A stretch of 64,000 nucleotides of DNA from Pseudomonadota bacterium. Its GTDB lineage: Bacteria; Pseudomonadota; Gammaproteobacteria; Ga0077536. This document shows positions 59,908 to 64,000 of this stretch, in pieces. The stretch covers positions 8,704 through 72,703 of the forward strand of contig JAYWAC010000199.1 in NCBI GenBank assembly GCA_043782755.1. The letters run 5' to 3'. A program made the position numbers and the translations under genes. Below the pieces are notes generated by a model. The model did no database searches and was not told the DNA's origin. It saw only the letters and a program-made list of their open reading frames with translations. Position 1 is the stretch's first letter. Each line of letters opens with the position of its first letter.

Positions 59908-61938
59908 TCAGAAGAACAGGTTGAAATCCAGCCAGTATTTCGGTCCCCAGCCGCCTTGCGGACGCGGGCTGCTGCCGACCGGTGCGGCCATGGTGAGCTT
60001 GGTGGAAAACCGCTTGGGATTATTGAACGACAGTGCGACACCGACGGAATTGAAATTCCCAGATTTGCGTTCGGTGGGCGTGAGCGCGCTGTTCAGATAG
60101 CCCGAAGCGACATCGTAAAACATAGAAAACTGCACCAGCTCGCCCCAGGTGCGATTGCCGAAAGCCGGCACGTCGGAGATAAACGGGGCGTTGATGATCC
60201 ACTCCACCGAACCGAAAATAGCGCGATCGAACAATTTCTCGGTTGGACGATAGCCGCGCACGTTGTCCGGACCGCCGACGTCGTATTGCTCGAGCGGTAC
60301 CAGCAGATCGGGCGACCACATCACCTCGGTGGTGAACAGCAGGTTGTGATTCTTGAGTTTGTCCCACAGCGGCGTCAGTGCCTGGAAGCGCGACAGTCGC
60401 AGCATGACCTTGTTGAAATCGCCTTCGGCGAACTTGCCGTTGCCGCCTTGGCGGGTCGGCGGTACGAAGGCTGGGTTCTTGCCCATCGCGCCGAACAGAT
60501 CATTAAAACCGTGGGAGATCTCGAGACTGCCGGTATTCAGTCCGCCAAAGCGCGCATCGACCGAATCGAAATTGAATTCACCCGAAGCGACCGCCAAGCT
60601 GTCGATGTTCTGCTTGCGGCCATCGGCCTTGGTGCCGCTGCGTTTCTTGGCAAAGCGCGCGGTGGCGCTGAAATTCATTAGGCGGCTGCGGATGAAACTC
60701 TTGGTCAACGAGACGTTGTAGTTGCGAATGTCGCTGTGGATTTTGGCGTCGCGAAACTGACCGCCGACGTCGAATTGATTGCGGTCCGCGCCGAAGCCGA
60801 GCTGGGTGTCATATAGCAGCGGGATCGGGATCTGATAATCGAGCGCATAGAACCAGGTGTTGGCCGGCGCCACGGTGCGCTGGATGGTGGTGGTGAATTT
60901 GTCGCCCTGACCGAGCGGATCGTTGACCGTCACGCGGCCGAGCTCACGATTGAGGCCGGTCTCGCGGATGCCATGGTTGTCCCAACGCAAGGCCGCCTCG
61001 ACACGCTTCTCGTCCTGCACCTTCAACATCATGTCAGCGCTACCGACGCGGGTGCCGGGCTGGAACACACCGAAAGACGACAAGCCCGGGTTGTCCGACA
61101 CGGTGAGCAGCGCGGTCTCAATCGATTCCTTGGTCACCGGCTCGCCAACGAGCTTGCCGAATGGTCGCGTTAGCACGGCGGGCTTGTACATCTTGTTGCC
61201 CTCGGTCACGACTTTGCCGAGCACGCCTTCCATGACCTGAATCTTGACCTCGCTACTTTCCACCGACTGCACCGGCACAAAGGCTTGCGCCAGGATCAGG
61301 CCATGGTCGCGGTAGTACTTAGTGACGGTGTCGGCTACTTCCTGCAGGCGACCGACGGTGAAACCGTCCGGCCGCTCAGCGAGTTTGGCGTCGATCAGGG
61401 CCTGCACCTCAGCGACCGCGATGTTGTGCTTGGGCCGGTCGATGACGCCTTCGAGCACGAAGCGCTTGACCTCGACCTTGTCGCCATCGTCGATTTCCAA
61501 AGGCCTGTCGGCCAGTGCCGGCACCGAGAAGGTCTCGGGCGGCGGTGCCTTGGGCGGCTCGCGCGGCTTCTCGCCGGGTCGGATCGCGCCGGGCTTGGCC
61601 GCGTCGGGGAGATCGACGGCGGCCGCTAACGAGCTTTCATTGACGGCCATGGCGGCGGCCAACTCGGGGCGCGCCGGGCCGGGCCGCGCGCTCGGCACTG
61701 CGGCAGAAGACGCAGGAGAAAGTTCTTGTGTAGCCACCACTTGCGGACCAGCCACCGACATATCGAAGGCTGGACGGATGGCTCCGGGACGGGCCGTGGC
61801 GAGATTGTCATCTGGTTCGACGACGGCGGCAAACGACAGGCTCGCACGCGCCACGATGCCTGCCATGCAAAGTGCATGCAGGCAGCGCAACGCTGGCCCT
61901 CGCCTAGAGTCGCCCACTATATGCATAAGACCATTCAA
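59908..61938 (-). CDS. TpsB outer-membrane transporter (ShlB/FhaC/HecB family; POTRA domains + 16-strand barrel)
   Basis: POTRA region VKRFVLEGV...; conserved loop-6 VRGY motif (DNVRGYRP); C-terminal ...YWLDFNLFF aromatic terminus. Start codon uncertain (MNGLMH / MHIV). Confidence 0.85.
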   Translation of the reverse strand: MNGLMHIVGDSRRGPALRCLHALCMAGIVARASLSFAAVVEPDDNLATARPGAIRPAFDMSVAGPQVVATQELSPASSAAVPSARPGPARPELAAAMAVNESSLAAAVDLPDAAKPGAIRPGEKPREPPKAPPPETFSVPALADRPLEIDDGDKVEVKRFVLEGVIDRPKHNIAVAEVQALIDAKLAERPDGFTVGRLQEVADTVTKYYRDHGLILAQAFVPVQSVESSEVKIQVMEGVLGKVVTEGNKMYKPAVLTRPFGKLVGEPVTKESIETALLTVSDNPGLSSFGVFQPGTRVGSADMMLKVQDEKRVEAALRWDNHGIRETGLNRELGRVTVNDPLGQGDKFTTTIQRTVAPANTWFYALDYQIPIPLLYDTQLGFGADRNQFDVGGQFRDAKIHSDIRNYNVSLTKSFIRSRLMNFSATARFAKKRSGTKADGRKQNIDSLAVASGEFNFDSVDARFGGLNTGSLEISHGFNDLFGAMGKNPAFVPPTRQGGNGKFAEGDFNKVMLRLSRFQALTPLWDKLKNHNLLFTTEVMWSPDLLVPLEQYDVGGPDNVRGYRPTEKLFDRAIFGSVEWIINAPFISDVPAFGNRTWGELVQFSMFYDVASGYLNSALTPTERKSGNFNSVGVALSFNNPKRFSTKLTMAAPVGSSPRPQGGWGPKYWLDFNLFF

Positions 61939-62080
61939 TAAGCCCGCTAACGCACTGAATAACTGGGCCTACTTCGGCGCCCATCGGACCTCGGCGAGTA
62001 TAGCAACGTCCTTTCGAGTGCGGCAACGGCCGAGCGGGCCTAGCGCCACCGCCAGCGATCAGACCAGCCCCGCCACACCT

Positions 62081-63109
62081 TTAGGGCTGGACGGCAGCAG
62101 TCGGCGCGGCGGCCGGTGCCGGCGCGGCCTGCTTGATGAGATCCTGACGCCAAGTCTCGAGCGCGTCGGCAGCCGGCGCCTCGACCGGATACTCTTTCTC
62201 TATCTTCTCGATCGCGGCCTGACGGACCTTGGCCATCGCTTCCTGCACCATGCGTGCGCGCAACTGATCCCGTACGCGCTCGAAGTCCAGCATCTCCGCT
62301 TCAACGGTCGCGCCACGTTTCAAGATATGCAGGCCAGTCTCGGACGCTATCGGCTCGCTGACCTGGCCAGTCTTGAGTTTCTTCAGGGCCTCGGCTATCG
62401 GCGGCAGCAGATCGGCCGATTTGAGCAAGCCCATGTAGCCATCGTTGACGCGGCTCGCCTCGTGAGCGGAATACTGCTTGGCCAGCGCGCCAAAATCGCC
62501 CTTGCCGCCACGCAGCTCGTCGGACACGCGGTTGGCCCGCGCCCAGGCAGTCTTGACTTCCTTATCGGGCGCGGCGGGATCGAGCGGGATAAAGATCTGC
62601 CACAGATGCACTCGCTCCGGCACGCGGAAGGCATCGGGATTCTTGTCATAGGCTTCGCGCACCTGGCTGTCGCTCGGGAATTTCGGATCGAGATTCACGC
62701 GTACCACCTGATTCAGATAGGACTCGACCAGCACACGCTGGCCGGCACGCTCCATGACGGTTTTGATCTGCGCGTTCTCATCAGCCTTGTTGGCATAGGC
62801 CGCCTTCAAGACCGCCTGATTGAGGGTTTCCTGATGCACGAACTGTTTGAAGACATCGGCGGAAGTCAGGATCTCGTTGCGACGCGGTGCATCGACGATA
62901 CTCAATACCTCGCCGAGCAGCTTGGCATCCAGCGTGGCGGTCGTGGAGCGGGTTTTAGCTTCGCTGGCGGCCGCTTTTACGGCGGGGGTATGTGGCTCTT
63001 TGGCCGCTGCGATCGTGTCGGGCGCGAGCAGGAAGCGCTGGCCGAGTGCGCCAGCAACGATGAGTAGCGCGCCGAACAAGAGTGCGGCGGGGGTCGACAG
63101 ATTTTTCAA
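62081..63109 (-). CDS. Parvulin-type peptidyl-prolyl cis-trans isomerase (SurA/PpiC-like periplasmic chaperone, N-terminal membrane anchor)
   Basis: N-terminal hydrophobic anchor PAALLFGALLIVAGAL; rotamase domain HLWQIFIP...GDFGALAKQYS...GYMGLL...GLHILK. Apparent TTG start. Confidence 0.72.
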   Translation of the reverse strand: MKNLSTPAALLFGALLIVAGALGQRFLLAPDTIAAAKEPHTPAVKAAASEAKTRSTTATLDAKLLGEVLSIVDAPRRNEILTSADVFKQFVHQETLNQAVLKAAYANKADENAQIKTVMERAGQRVLVESYLNQVVRVNLDPKFPSDSQVREAYDKNPDAFRVPERVHLWQIFIPLDPAAPDKEVKTAWARANRVSDELRGGKGDFGALAKQYSAHEASRVNDGYMGLLKSADLLPPIAEALKKLKTGQVSEPIASETGLHILKRGATVEAEMLDFERVRDQLRARMVQEAMAKVRQAAIEKIEKEYPVEAPAADALETWRQDLIKQAAPAPAAAPTAAVQP

Positions 63110-63344
63110 GGCACTCGCTCCCGAAGTCGCACATTGCGACGATGGACAGGGATTCTAGCCGGCAATTCGAACCCGCGCGAAGCGTGCAGCGCGCCGTTAG
63201 CAGCCCTTGCCTGAAACAGAAATTTTGTTGATGCTGAGTAGCTTATTCCATAAACTTCGGCGCACCCTCAAACAACGCACCTGCACGCGGAACGCGAAGA
63301 TCCGCGCCACCAATGAACTTAAGGCCCGACGGCAACGAGAGCGA

Positions 63345-64000
63345 ATGGCGCCGAAAACCACCAACCTGACCATCATGTTTGCCGATATCAGCGGCAGCAC
63401 GCGGCTCTACGAGCTGCTTGGCGATGGTCCGGCACGTGCCAAGGTCGCCAGCTGTCTGGAGATGCTGACCGACGTCACCGAGAGACATCGCGGCACGGTC
63501 ATCAAGACCATCGGCGACGAAATCATGTGCACCTTCCCGACCCCGGAACGGGCGGTCAGTGCCGCCTGCGAGATGCACGAAATGGTGGAAGACGAGGTCA
63601 CGGTGCAGACCGCACAAGGACGCCTGTCGCTCGCCGTGCGTATCGGCCTGCACCATGGCCCGACCATCCTTGACGCCGGCGACGTGTTTGGCGACGCGGT
63701 CAATGTCGCGGCGCGCATGGCTTCGATGTCCAAGGGCGGTCAGATCATCACCACCCAAACCACGGTCGACGAATTGCCTCCGATCTTGAAGGCCAGCACG
63801 CGCTTCATCGACAGAGCGCCGGTCAAGGGCAAGAAGGAGACCATGGATATCTACGAGGTGCTGTGGCAGCAGGACGATGTCACGCGCATGTCTACCGGCG
63901 TGATTCCGGAACCGGTGCAGCGCGCCTGCCTCAATCTTACTTACCACGAACTCAACGTGATCATGAACGATGAGCGCCCACAGGTGATACTTGGCCGCAG
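63345..64000 (+). CDS. Class III adenylate/guanylate cyclase (CHD domain), 3'-partial
   Basis: LTIMFADISGSTRLYE...IGDEIMCTF...RIGLHHGP...GDAVNVAARM. Runs off the window end. Confidence 0.75.
   Translation, partial: MAPKTTNLTIMFADISGSTRLYELLGDGPARAKVASCLEMLTDVTERHRGTVIKTIGDEIMCTFPTPERAVSAACEMHEMVEDEVTVQTAQGRLSLAVRIGLHHGPTILDAGDVFGDAVNVAARMASMSKGGQIITTQTTVDELPPILKASTRFIDRAPVKGKKETMDIYEVLWQQDDVTRMSTGVIPEPVQRACLNLTYHELNVIMNDERPQVILGR

Noticed and set aside
1-64000. CRISPR arrays, integrases/transposases, prophage or defence-system genes
   Set aside because: No direct-repeat/spacer arrays and no ORFs with recombinase, nuclease or defence-associated motifs were seen. The only repeats are REP palindromes and intragenic PATR repeats.

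Overview
High-GC (~65-68%) proteobacterial chromosomal segment with two distinct parts. No rRNA, tRNA, CRISPR array, transposase or integrase was recognised.

Part 1, about 1-43 kb, is a dense catabolic island. It holds a Baeyer-Villiger monooxygenase, a two-subunit hydantoinase/oxoprolinase-family ATP-dependent enzyme (HyuA/HyuB), a cytochrome c-PQQ dehydrogenase fusion, a cytochrome P450, an acyl-CoA carboxylase beta/alpha pair with a divergent acyl-CoA dehydrogenase, a second PQQ alcohol dehydrogenase, an enoyl-CoA hydratase - acyl-CoA dehydrogenase - SDR operon, and a GMC oxidoreductase. A MarR-flanked divergent aromatic-type locus carries Rieske dioxygenase alpha/beta, an aldehyde dehydrogenase, a carboxymuconolactone-decarboxylase-family protein, a gentisate-dioxygenase-like bicupin and a flavin reductase. 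Further along are an L,D-transpeptidase (YcbB/LdtD-like) paired with a DUF882/YcbK(MepK)-like Tat-signal protein, an ABC-F ATPase, an LLM flavin oxidoreductase, two more enoyl-CoA hydratases, an acyl-CoA ligase and leuCD.

Part 2, about 43-63 kb, is the standout: a two-partner-secretion (type Vb) locus on the minus strand. It reads parvulin-type PPIase, then TpsB (FhaC/ShlB-like, VRGY loop-6 motif, C-terminal Phe), then a giant roughly 4960-aa TpsA exoprotein, then a SapC-family gene whose start codon lies 1 nt after the TpsA stop. The TpsA has, in order: an N-terminal TPS domain (NPNGV motif), about 24 tandem autotransporter-associated beta-strand (PATR) repeats, a block of RTX-like GGxGxD calcium-binding motifs, a coiled coil, and an acidic proline-rich C-terminal region.

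A family of short palindromic REP-like elements (core GTGCGA-N4-6-TCGCAC) sits in five intergenic positions and generates artefactual ORFs beginning MCEWSH/MCEFN. A class III nucleotidyl cyclase begins at the right edge.
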